DNA of 32,000 bases from Candidatus Saccharimonadota bacterium (GTDB taxonomy: Bacteria; Patescibacteriota; Saccharimonadia; Saccharimonadales; UBA4665), in assembly GCA_002952755.1 (NCBI GenBank), contig CP025011.1, forward strand, positions 1,140,001 to 1,172,000, read 5' to 3'. Numbering within the stretch: the stretch's first letter is position 1; every line of letters starts with the position of its first letter. The translations under genes were made by a program, and so were the position numbers. This document shows, in pieces, positions 24,735 to 32,000 of this stretch. The notes under the pieces are model-generated. The model was not told the DNA's origin. It did not search any database and saw nothing but the letters and a program-made list of their open reading frames with translations.

Positions 24735-24743
24735 ATTATACCA
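24735..24743 (-). promoter_or_regulatory. extended -10 (TGgTATAAT) for the EamA gene
   Basis: Minus-strand TGGTATAAT, then 6 nt, then the ATG at 24728, with no SD sequence. Confidence 0.45.
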
Positions 24744-24858
24744 ATTGGGGCATGAGGGGTTTACCTCTACGACAGATCCGATGGCTAAGAAAAAGAGGTG
24801 GCCTAATTGAATTGAACTAGCATCTTACCTGTATGGGAATAGAGCAGGGGGCTGTAGA

Positions 24859-25614
24859 CTACCGAACCAACGCTCCACCAAGCACTTGCAACACTTGCCC
24901 GGTAATATAACTAGCCTCTTCGCTCGCCAAAAAGAAAGCCATGCCGGCAATGTCCTGCGGTGTTCCTGGTCTCTTAAGCAGTGTCTGTGCAATGAGACTC
25001 TCGTGGCGTTCCGGCGTCAGAGTATCGCCAAAGAACTCTGTATCCGACACATAACCCGGCGCAATGACGTTGACGGTAATTTGCTTAGCGCCGAGTTCGT
25101 TCGCCAGCGCATACGAATAGCCAATGACGGCAGCTTTCGCTGCAGAGTACGCTGGACCGCCGCCCTTAAGGGCGCCTATGGAACTAAGGTTGATAACCCG
25201 ACCGTCAGGGGAGGCCAATATATCCTTGAGGGCTTCGGTTGTAAGCACCGCCGACAGAACATTAGCTTCGTAATTTTGCGTGAACTGTTCGGCTATATCC
25301 TCTAGGCTATCGCCTCGGCGCTGTATTGAGCCACCCGCGTTATTTATGAGCACATCAATGCTCTTGACGCCTTTCTCTGGAAGCGCCTGACGGAGTGCCA
25401 TTACGCCTTTGGAACTGGATAGGTCGGTCGCTACATAACCGGTCGGTGCGTCGTCCTGTTGATTTTGACTGAGCTGTTTGGTCGCTTCTTGCAGCACGGA
25501 CTCGCGTCGGCCAACAATAATAACCTGGTCGCCAGCTGTGACAAAACGCTTAGCCATTGCTAGGCCAATGCCCGTGCCACCGCCAGTTATGAGAATAGTT
25601 CGGGGATGCTTCAT
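24859..25614 (-). CDS. short-chain dehydrogenase/reductase (SDR, FabG-like)
   Basis: 251 aa with 'ITGGGTGIGLA', 'NNAG' and 'YSAAKAA'. Confidence 0.9.
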   Translation of the reverse strand: MKHPRTILITGGGTGIGLAMAKRFVTAGDQVIIVGRRESVLQEATKQLSQNQQDDAPTGYVATDLSSSKGVMALRQALPEKGVKSIDVLINNAGGSIQRRGDSLEDIAEQFTQNYEANVLSAVLTTEALKDILASPDGRVINLSSIGALKGGGPAYSAAKAAVIGYSYALANELGAKQITVNVIAPGYVSDTEFFGDTLTPERHESLIAQTLLKRPGTPQDIAGMAFFLASEEASYITGQVLQVLGGALVR

Positions 25615-25628
25615 GCACTCATCATACC

Positions 25629-26147
25629 CTAGTGAAAAGCTACAACGCCTAAGTCCCGACTAATACTAAAGCCTTCAAGCGGCCCAAAAGAGTGGTCCAC
25701 GGTATCAAAAAGCTCATCTTTAAGAACCTTTTCGAGACCAATCATCGTGCCATCGTGAGATACGATAAGGGCTCGTTCGCCATCCTTCAGCCGCTCCATT
25801 ATCTCCCTAATCATGCCTCGCATGCGCGCTCCTGCGTCACGTACATCCTGAACAAGCGAAGCGTCCTCCCATATGGCACCTATAATGCCTAAGGGATGTA
25901 CCTTTTGAGCCTCACTCAGCTTATCGAGCTTGCCATCAGGAAAAGAAGGAACATTCGCTCTAATATCGACCTTTACGGGTAGTCTGGAGACGAGTTCAGC
26001 TGTCTGTATTGTCCGGTTGCGTTCCGACGCGAACGCATAGTGAAAGCTGCCGATACGTTGTGCCTGTAAATTACACGCAGTTATGCCTTCTGGCGTTAAT
26101 TCGTCGCCATTCTTCTCGCCATGACGAATGACAATTATCTCTTTCAC
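25629..26147 (-). CDS. histidine phosphatase (phosphoglycerate mutase-like) family protein
   Basis: 'VKEIIVIRHGEK' carries the RHG motif near the N-terminus. The ORF track extends to 26207. I prefer GTG 26147 because minus-strand TGGTATAGT (26163-26155) ends 7 nt upstream of it. Confidence 0.75.
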   Translation of the reverse strand: MKEIIVIRHGEKNGDELTPEGITACNLQAQRIGSFHYAFASERNRTIQTAELVSRLPVKVDIRANVPSFPDGKLDKLSEAQKVHPLGIIGAIWEDASLVQDVRDAGARMRGMIREIMERLKDGERALIVSHDGTMIGLEKVLKDELFDTVDHSFGPLEGFSISRDLGVVAFH

Positions 26148-26222
26148 AAAACTTACTATACCAAAACAAAAAGACATCTGCTGGGGGGTCTTTAAGCATA
26201 AGCACAACGGTGAGCCGTGTGC

Positions 26223-26254
26223 AAAAAAGTTTACACCTCCTCAAGGAAGAGGTG
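26223..26254 (-). terminator. candidate rho-independent terminator after the 272-aa orphan ORF
   Basis: The minus strand reads CACCTCTT-ccttg-AGGAGGTG (8 bp including one G:U), followed by taaacTTTTTT. Confidence 0.45.
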
Positions 26255-26362
26255 ATCCGCTGGAGAGGAATCGTCGGTAGTGCCTATGAACAAAAGTGAT
26301 ACTACATTAGTAATCCGATCCCATCAGACGTACACACCCACAATAGGGGGTAGTGTAAATGG

Positions 26363-27181
26363 TTACGATTCTATCGATCCACGGGGTAGGAATACCGCCA
26401 TCGCTGGGTCTAATGCACGAGCACCCTCAGGGCTAGTCTGTTGCCATTCTTCGACCAGGATACGTATCCCAGACACATCCGTCTCTATGCCATGGGCTAG
26501 CGATAAGCTAGTCACCACAATGTTAGTTACAGCCAATGCACCAGTATATTTCTGTACGTAGTCTGCCCGTAACGCTTCGGGCGATTGATACCCAAAGTGT
26601 TTATCTGCTAGGTTACCGGCAGTTACGCGCGGCTCCGTATTATCCGTTCTTCGATTAAATGTAGCGTAACCATGAGTAGATATGGATACAGTGGGTGGTA
26701 AATAGGACGCTGCCTGATTTGGCGTCTCAATATCTACAGTCACTAACCTGTCGCTGGCCGGAAGACGCAAAGTGGGCTGCCAACTACTACCATAGTGTCG
26801 ACGCTGGTAGGTTTCAGTGGACGTTTCAGTAATCCTAGCGCCGCTCTCACCAAAAGAGACTGGACCACCCAGTAGAGCGGCAGCCCTCACTATACGTCTT
26901 CCCTTGAAGAACCGACTGTCCGAGTAAAAGCCAGTTGGCGGTATGTCCATTGGATGGTGCCCAGCAGCAGGAAGCTTGTTTAATTCTCCGTAGCCATGAC
27001 TTGCAACGCCACCAATATATACCTTTGTTTTCTTAACAAGGCCAGAGAGCTGGCGATGAGCAGCTACTAGCTCTGGCGTGCCGTAAGTCTTCATATAAAG
27101 GTATACTGTATCATATTTGATCGAGTCATACAACTTTCTTAACAGGGGTGGATTTATGATAAACAAAAAGAGGTGATACAA
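26363..27181 (-). CDS. hypothetical protein (orphan)
   Basis: 272-aa maximal ORF starting at a TTG only 33 nt from the tRNA 3' end. The first ATG (M30, 27094) is a more conventional start. No family was recognised. Confidence 0.55.
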   Translation of the reverse strand: MYHLFLFIINPPLLRKLYDSIKYDTVYLYMKTYGTPELVAAHRQLSGLVKKTKVYIGGVASHGYGELNKLPAAGHHPMDIPPTGFYSDSRFFKGRRIVRAAALLGGPVSFGESGARITETSTETYQRRHYGSSWQPTLRLPASDRLVTVDIETPNQAASYLPPTVSISTHGYATFNRRTDNTEPRVTAGNLADKHFGYQSPEALRADYVQKYTGALAVTNIVVTSLSLAHGIETDVSGIRILVEEWQQTSPEGARALDPAMAVFLPRGSIES

Positions 27182-27213
27182 ATCGTTACGTATCTACCTC
27201 TGTTATTTTCGTG

Positions 27214-27290
27214 TGGTGACCCCTGCGGGAGTCGAACCCGCGATCTTCAGGATGAGAACCTGACGTCCTGGACCACTAGACGAAGGGGCC
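27214..27290 (-). tRNA. tRNA-Glu: tRNA-Glu (anticodon CUC), CCA encoded
   Basis: The reverse complement folds by hand as a 77-nt cloverleaf. Acceptor GGCCCCT/AGGGGTC, D arm GTCT-AGTGGTCCA-GGAC, anticodon arm TCAGG-TTCTCAT-CCTGA, T arm GCGGG-TTCGACT-CCCGC, then A-CCA. Confidence 0.9.
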
Positions 27291-27417
27291 GCATGCCATT
27301 GACTATAAGTCGTTATCGGCTTCAATATCCTACCATAACAGAGACAAAGACTCAAGATTGCGTGGCCATTGCCTAGGAAAGCCATAAGCAGTAACGTATA
27401 CTTTAGGGCATACCATC

Positions 27418-29166
27418 ATGAAGGATACTGTTAGCGTCGTTGCCCAGCGTTGGTACCGCCTCTATTTTGGGCTGGTAGTGCTGCTATGCCTATTGTTAGC
27501 AATAGGCTGTTTGCTTGTCCGCTTCGTACCCAGTTTCGGCCGTCACCTAAGTAGCTTCGCCCTGGGCGATGTTACATTGCTGCTCGCAGCTATACCTCTT
27601 GCATATAGCGCTACTCTATACTGGCTTATTGCCAGAAAAAACACACCCACAGCCAGCCTTGGCTTATCGATGATGCTTTCTTTCGTACTCTTAAACGGCT
27701 TAATGCGCACTGACGGCACGGTAGGGGTGTGGCTGTATGTAAGCATTTGGCTGCTCAGTGTCGCCTTCGTAGGGATGTATGGTCTCCAATTACTGTTTGG
27801 TTCATTTCTATTAACACTTGTATACGTGTTAATCACCAGTGAATTCCGCGTGCAGGCGATCCATCTTTCTTCATGGGTACTCGTGGGGGGCACGGCAGTA
27901 CTTTCTGCAGCCACATATAGTCTGTGGCGCAAAGCGTTTGTGAACCCGGCAGACAGACAGCTGAATCAGCTGAGTGGAGCGCTCAAGAGTAACCAGGAGC
28001 AATCGTCGATCCTGATCCAATCGATTGCCGACGGCGTGATTGTCATTAACAGCGAAGGTAAGATCAGCCTTATTAACCAAGCAGCGTCGCTTATGACACA
28101 GTGGTCGGTTGCCGATGCCTTAGGCCTCGACGTACATCTTGTGGCTCAGCTGACCGATGAAAAAGGCGGAGACATCCCCCCGGACGACAACCCCTTCAAT
28201 AAAGTACTGGCGCGTAAAGAGCGGGTGAATACCAGCCTGCAGCTCTTGGGCAGGCAAGGACGTAAGCAGATCATCAGCATGGTGATTTCTCCTGTTGAGA
28301 TACCGGGCGGAGGTGTAGGCGGTGCAGTGGCAGTGATCCATGATATTAGCCAGGCGCGGGCGGCAGAGAAGCAAAGCGCCGAATTTATCAGCACCGCCTC
28401 GCACGAAATGCGTACCCCCGTAGCGGCGATCGAAGGGTATCTAGCGTTGGCCTTGAATGAAAAGGTAAGCACCATCGACAGTCGCGCGCGGGGCTATCTC
28501 GAAAAGGCACACAGCAGCACCGAACATCTCGGCCAACTTTTTCAAGACCTCTTAACAAGCGCCAAAGCGGAGGATGGACGTATTAGCAACCATCCGTCGG
28601 TTATTGATATGGGCACGTTTACTCAGCAACTTGTCGAAGATTTGCGTTTCTCGGCCGAAAAGAAGGGTCTCGCCACCGAGTACATGGTCGGCACGAGTGA
28701 TGCCATTGATGCCACCCAAGATGAAGATAGCGCTCCCAAAAAGATTATCGCGCCTATCTACTATGTGTACGCCGATCCCGACCGCTTGCGTGAAGTTATC
28801 ACCAACCTTTTCGATAACGCCGTAAAATATACCGACCAGGGCAAAATTTCGATGGGCCTTACTGGTAACCTGGAGGTCGTGCAATTTTATATTCGCGATA
28901 CCGGGCCGGGTATCCCTGCTGAGGATGTGCCGCACTTATTCCAAAAATTTTACCGGGTCGACAACTCAGCTACCCGGACGATTGGCGGCACCGGCCTAGG
29001 GCTCTTTATTTGCCGCAAGATAATTGAATTGTACCGCGGCCGCATTTGGGTCGAGAGCGAGCTCGGCAAGGGGAGTACATTCTTTATCAATCTGCCGCGC
29101 GTTGATAGCCAGAAGGCTCAAAGTTTGCAGCAAGCCGCAGCTGCTTCCACACCGCTTATAAAATAG
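27418..29166 (+). CDS. sensor histidine kinase (multi-TM N-terminus, PAS, HisKA, HATPase_c)
   Basis: 582 aa with H-box 'STASHEMRTPVAAIEGYLALAL', 'ITNLFDNAVKYT', 'DTGPGIP' and 'GGTGLGLFICRKII'. PAS-like 'SIADGVIVINSEGKISLINQAA'. Confidence 0.9.
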   Translation: MKDTVSVVAQRWYRLYFGLVVLLCLLLAIGCLLVRFVPSFGRHLSSFALGDVTLLLAAIPLAYSATLYWLIARKNTPTASLGLSMMLSFVLLNGLMRTDGTVGVWLYVSIWLLSVAFVGMYGLQLLFGSFLLTLVYVLITSEFRVQAIHLSSWVLVGGTAVLSAATYSLWRKAFVNPADRQLNQLSGALKSNQEQSSILIQSIADGVIVINSEGKISLINQAASLMTQWSVADALGLDVHLVAQLTDEKGGDIPPDDNPFNKVLARKERVNTSLQLLGRQGRKQIISMVISPVEIPGGGVGGAVAVIHDISQARAAEKQSAEFISTASHEMRTPVAAIEGYLALALNEKVSTIDSRARGYLEKAHSSTEHLGQLFQDLLTSAKAEDGRISNHPSVIDMGTFTQQLVEDLRFSAEKKGLATEYMVGTSDAIDATQDEDSAPKKIIAPIYYVYADPDRLREVITNLFDNAVKYTDQGKISMGLTGNLEVVQFYIRDTGPGIPAEDVPHLFQKFYRVDNSATRTIGGTGLGLFICRKIIELYRGRIWVESELGKGSTFFINLPRVDSQKAQSLQQAAAASTPLIK

Positions 29167-29235
29167 CCCGCTCGTATCTGGTCGTGCTACAATACAAGCA
29201 AACATAAGCTTCAGTAAAACGGCAGGGTAGCAACG

Positions 29236-30687
29236 ATGGCAAAAATTCTACTGGTGGAAGATGATAACAATTTGCGCGAGATCTATGAGGCGCGCTTGCA
29301 GGCCGAGGGCTACGAAATTGTCTCTGCCCAAGACGGCGAAGCGGCACTCGCTGTTGCCAAAAAAGAGCAGCCGGATCTGGTAATTTCCGACGTTATGATG
29401 CCCCGCATTAGCGGTTTCGAAATGCTCGACATCCTACGTAATACCGAAGGCCTCAAGGATGTGAAGGTAATTATGCTCACAGCCCTCGGCCAGGCTGAAG
29501 ACAAAACGCGAGCCGACGCTCTTGGGGCGGATCGTTACCTAGTGAAGTCGCAAGTGACTCTGGAAGACATCGTCAAAACCGCAGCCGACCTTTTAGCAGG
29601 TAGCGCGGCCGCAGCAGTTAATACGGCAGCTCCAGCTACACCCGCCGCTGCCGCAGCGCCGACTACCGTACCGCAAGTCGCAGTCACGCCCATGCCCGTT
29701 GCATCGGAGCCAACCCAGGCAGCACCCGCCGCTCCGACCGGGCCCGCTACAGCAGCGCCGCAGACGCCAGTAGCTACACCCACCGCAACACCGCAATCAG
29801 CCCCTGCTCCAGTTCCGGTCGTAACGCCTCCAGCAGTAACCCAGACGCCAGTAACTACTGCTCCCGCAGCGCCGCCAGCTGCTCCTGCCAGCACCCCAGC
29901 TCCCCAGCCAGCCGCCGCTGCCGCAGCGCCGCAGACTACTGCAAACGAACAAGCTGCCTTACAGGCACAAATTGAAGCCTTTACCAACAACAATACTCCA
30001 ACAGAAGCCACACCAACCCCTCCTGCAGCCTCGCCGCAACCACCAACGAGCAACAATGAAAGCAATCTTGCTGATGCCGTACAAGATCTTATTTCGAGCA
30101 CCATACCAGCTGCTCCCATGCCTGCCGCTCCTCCCCCAGTAGCTGCACCAGCTGCTCCTGCCATGTCTATACCGGCGACGCCTACTGTTCCTCCAACTAC
30201 AGCGATATCTCCACAACCGCCCGCAACCACGACTCCCGCAGTACCTGCGCCAAATCCTGCATTGACACCGGCTCCAGCTACTCCGGTAACTGCCGTACAA
30301 GCAACTCCCGCAGCGCCACAACCAACTCAGCAGGCAGCGCCAGCCGTTTCCACACCCCCACCAGTAGTTTCGCCAGTCACCGCAGCACCCCCAGTCCAAC
30401 CACCCGTAGAAACGCCATTGTCTTCAGCCGCCAGCGCTCCAGCTACAACCCCAAACGACGACAGCATCGCGATGTCTAAAAAGAAGATTATCTCACCAAT
30501 AACCGATGGAAATGCGGCAGCGCCGACCGATCTGAGCAGCCTATTGGCCAAAGAAGGCATTAGCAATATCGACGATCCCGCACCAGCCGGCACCGTAACC
30601 ACACCACATCCCCCTGGCCACGTCATCTCTCCTAACCCGGTAAATGCGAACGGTCAGCCAGTAGACCCCAATAGTATCGCTCTCTAG
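29236..30687 (+). CDS. response regulator: REC domain fused to a ~360-aa Pro/Ala/Thr-rich low-complexity tail
   Basis: The REC domain has 'ILLVEDDNN', 'LVISDVMMP', 'MLTALG' and 'YLVKS'. From about aa 122 onward there is no recognisable output domain, only P/A/T-rich sequence and a short non-repetitive C-terminus. Confidence 0.85.
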   Translation: MAKILLVEDDNNLREIYEARLQAEGYEIVSAQDGEAALAVAKKEQPDLVISDVMMPRISGFEMLDILRNTEGLKDVKVIMLTALGQAEDKTRADALGADRYLVKSQVTLEDIVKTAADLLAGSAAAAVNTAAPATPAAAAAPTTVPQVAVTPMPVASEPTQAAPAAPTGPATAAPQTPVATPTATPQSAPAPVPVVTPPAVTQTPVTTAPAAPPAAPASTPAPQPAAAAAAPQTTANEQAALQAQIEAFTNNNTPTEATPTPPAASPQPPTSNNESNLADAVQDLISSTIPAAPMPAAPPPVAAPAAPAMSIPATPTVPPTTAISPQPPATTTPAVPAPNPALTPAPATPVTAVQATPAAPQPTQQAAPAVSTPPPVVSPVTAAPPVQPPVETPLSSAASAPATTPNDDSIAMSKKKIISPITDGNAAAPTDLSSLLAKEGISNIDDPAPAGTVTTPHPPGHVISPNPVNANGQPVDPNSIAL

Positions 30688-30696
30688 GGGGCTCTG

Positions 30697-31368
30697 ATGA
30701 GAATCAATAAATTTGTCGCACTCCATAGTGGCTTGTCGCGCCGTGCAGCAGATGCTGTTATTGCCCAAGGGAGGGTACTGATAAACGGCAACTATGTTCA
30801 GGCAGGTCAGAATGTGAACCTAAAAGATGTAGTAACCTTGGACGGCCGAGCGCTTGCTGTTCAGCCCAAGCTACAAACCATCCTACTCAACAAACCCGAA
30901 GGATATGTGGTGAGTCGGGATGGACAGGGCAGTGCGACTATCTACAATCTATTACCCCCAGAGCTGCATAACCTTAAACCGGTGGGGCGGCTCGACAAAG
31001 ACTCTTCCGGACTGCTTCTGCTTACCAACGATGGTCAACTCGCCCAGGAGCTCACACATCCCAAGTACCAAAAAACAAAAGTGTACGAAATTTCCCTAAG
31101 CTCGCCCCTCACGTCTACTCACCAGAAACAAATTGTCGAAGGCGGCGTTCACTTGGATGATGGTATAAGTAAGCTTGGCCTGCAAAGGCTAGAGCAGCAG
31201 GATGAACGGTCGTGGCGAGTCTCCATGCACGAAGGACGCAACCGCCAGATCCGCCGCACTTTCGGCTCGCTAGGGTACCAGGTGATCCGATTGCACCGAA
31301 CTCAATTTGGCACATATCAGCTGCCGGCAAGTTTAACGCCAGGCGAGTGGATTACTATTACTCCTTAA
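30697..31368 (+). CDS. pseudouridine synthase, RsuA/RluB family (S4 domain + catalytic domain)
   Basis: 223 aa with S4-like 'MRINKFVALHSGLSRRAADAVIAQGRVLING' and catalytic 'GRLDKDSSGLLLLTNDG'. SD AGGGGG lies upstream. Confidence 0.85.
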   Translation: MRINKFVALHSGLSRRAADAVIAQGRVLINGNYVQAGQNVNLKDVVTLDGRALAVQPKLQTILLNKPEGYVVSRDGQGSATIYNLLPPELHNLKPVGRLDKDSSGLLLLTNDGQLAQELTHPKYQKTKVYEISLSSPLTSTHQKQIVEGGVHLDDGISKLGLQRLEQQDERSWRVSMHEGRNRQIRRTFGSLGYQVIRLHRTQFGTYQLPASLTPGEWITITP

Positions 31369-31439
31369 CCACAGTGCTAACATCTATGTAATAAAAACGC
31401 TATGGTTTCAAGTGGTCTTATCTGTTATACTGTGCCTAA

Positions 31440-32000
31440 ATGAGTAGTCAAAAAGTGCCGATTGTTGCTATCGTCGGGCGTGCCAATGTCGGCAAGTCCA
31501 GCCTGTTCAACACGATTTTAGAGCGTCGAGAAGCCATCGTCGCGCGCGAGGCTGGCACTACTCGCGATAGCATCATGGCGAAAGCCAGCTGGCAAGATCA
31601 GGATTTTTGGCTCGTAGACACCGCCGGCGTGAAAGATGCTGAGGACGATTTTGAGTTCACCATTCAGGAACAGATACTGCAGGCTACTGAGAGTGCTGAT
31701 GTTATTTGGGTAGTTGTCGAAGCTGACATCCCGATTACCGATGAAGACCGCCGTGTGGCTACGATGGCGCTCAAAAGCCGGAAGCCCGTATTTCTCATCG
31801 TCAACAAGGTAGACAAAGCCCGGGGACACGATCTGGATGCTTTTATGCGTCTGGGTATCAAGCCGATTATCCATACCGCTACCACCCAGCGACGGGGCAT
31901 CAGTCAGCTGCTCGATACGCTCGTAGAGGTAATCCCTAAAGCAAGTGTGCGCGAAGATGATGATCGATTACATATAGCCCTCATAGGCCGTCCTAACGTG
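31440..32000 (+). CDS. der: ribosome-associated GTPase Der/EngA (5' part; runs off window)
   Basis: Not in the ORF track because there is no stop in the window. I translated it by hand. It reads 'IVAIVGRANVGKSSLFN' (G1), 'DTAG' and 'NKVD', and the second GTPase domain begins 'IALIGRPNV'. TGTTATACT ends 8 nt before the ATG. Confidence 0.9.
   Translation, partial: MSSQKVPIVAIVGRANVGKSSLFNTILERREAIVAREAGTTRDSIMAKASWQDQDFWLVDTAGVKDAEDDFEFTIQEQILQATESADVIWVVVEADIPITDEDRRVATMALKSRKPVFLIVNKVDKARGHDLDAFMRLGIKPIIHTATTQRRGISQLLDTLVEVIPKASVREDDDRLHIALIGRPNV

Noticed and set aside
26363-27290. A tRNA-Glu-linked integrative island.
   Set aside because: There is no integrase or recombinase ORF, and I found no second copy of the tRNA 3' segment (tggtgacccctgcgggagtcgaaccc) anywhere in the window. 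It is reported only as a low-interest orphan gene.
29644-29931. An exact 18-nt repeat, gccgctgccgcagcgccg, occurs at 29644-29661 and 29914-29931.
   Set aside because: This is a codon-level repetition inside the Ala/Pro-rich coding region. There is no regular spacing or third copy, so it is not a CRISPR array or tandem-repeat array.
29535-30626. Long antisense and alternative-frame ORFs in the response-regulator tail: 231 aa at 29535-30230 (-), 146 aa at 29959-30399 (-) and 99 aa at 30327-30626 (-).
   Set aside because: They arise because GC-rich Pro/Ala/Thr codon repeats lack stop codons in several frames. Their products are Gly/Ala/Cys/Arg-rich low-complexity strings. The plus-frame gene has a bona fide REC domain.
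31518-31900. Minus-strand ORFs of 118 aa and 78 aa near the 3' end of the window.
   Set aside because: The plus strand here encodes an unmistakable Der/EngA GTPase (G1, G3 and G4 motifs). It is missing from the ORF track only because it runs off the window.

Overview
This is a dense bacterial chromosomal segment of about 40 genes, mostly on the plus strand. I saw no rRNA, CRISPR array, transposase or integrase.

**Housekeeping genes:** gltX, rlmH, a UmuD-like/UmuC-like Y-family polymerase operon, an RsuA/RluB-type pseudouridine synthase, der (runs off the 3' edge) and tRNA-Glu(CUC).

**Signalling and redox genes interleaved with them:**
- Two histidine-kinase/response-regulator pairs. Neither regulator has a recognisable output domain, and one carries a ~360-aa Pro/Ala/Thr-rich tail.
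- A flavinylation-type operon: FMN-binding protein, ApbE, and an RnfD-like::FNR-like fusion.

**Accessory or rearranged stretch, about 12.8-23.9 kb:**
- Three apparent gene remnants: a class A PBP 3' end, an alpha/beta-hydrolase-like stub and an EamA 3' end.
- Three ORFs I cannot assign.
- An orphan with two Asp-rich motifs spaced as in isoprenoid-synthase-fold enzymes.
- An ArsR/YciI-like pair.
- A 5-kb block (S66 peptidase, PadR, MacB-type ABC) bracketed by diverged direct copies of the EamA gene 3' end.

**Strongest non-coding signal:** a ~108-nt palindromic element is present twice in opposite orientation (1622-1730 and 4976-5082). A conserved 59-nt core shows compensatory base changes and sits inside unrelated, almost perfectly paired 30-31-bp stems. 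I do not recognise it as a known RNA or repeat family.

**Start-site architecture:** at least 13 genes have a TATAAT-like hexamer ending 6-8 nt before the start codon and no Shine-Dalgarno sequence. This suggests widespread leaderless expression.

**Limits:** a reduced-genome (Saccharibacteria/CPR-like) origin is only an impression. All homology calls come from motif recognition by eye, not from searches.
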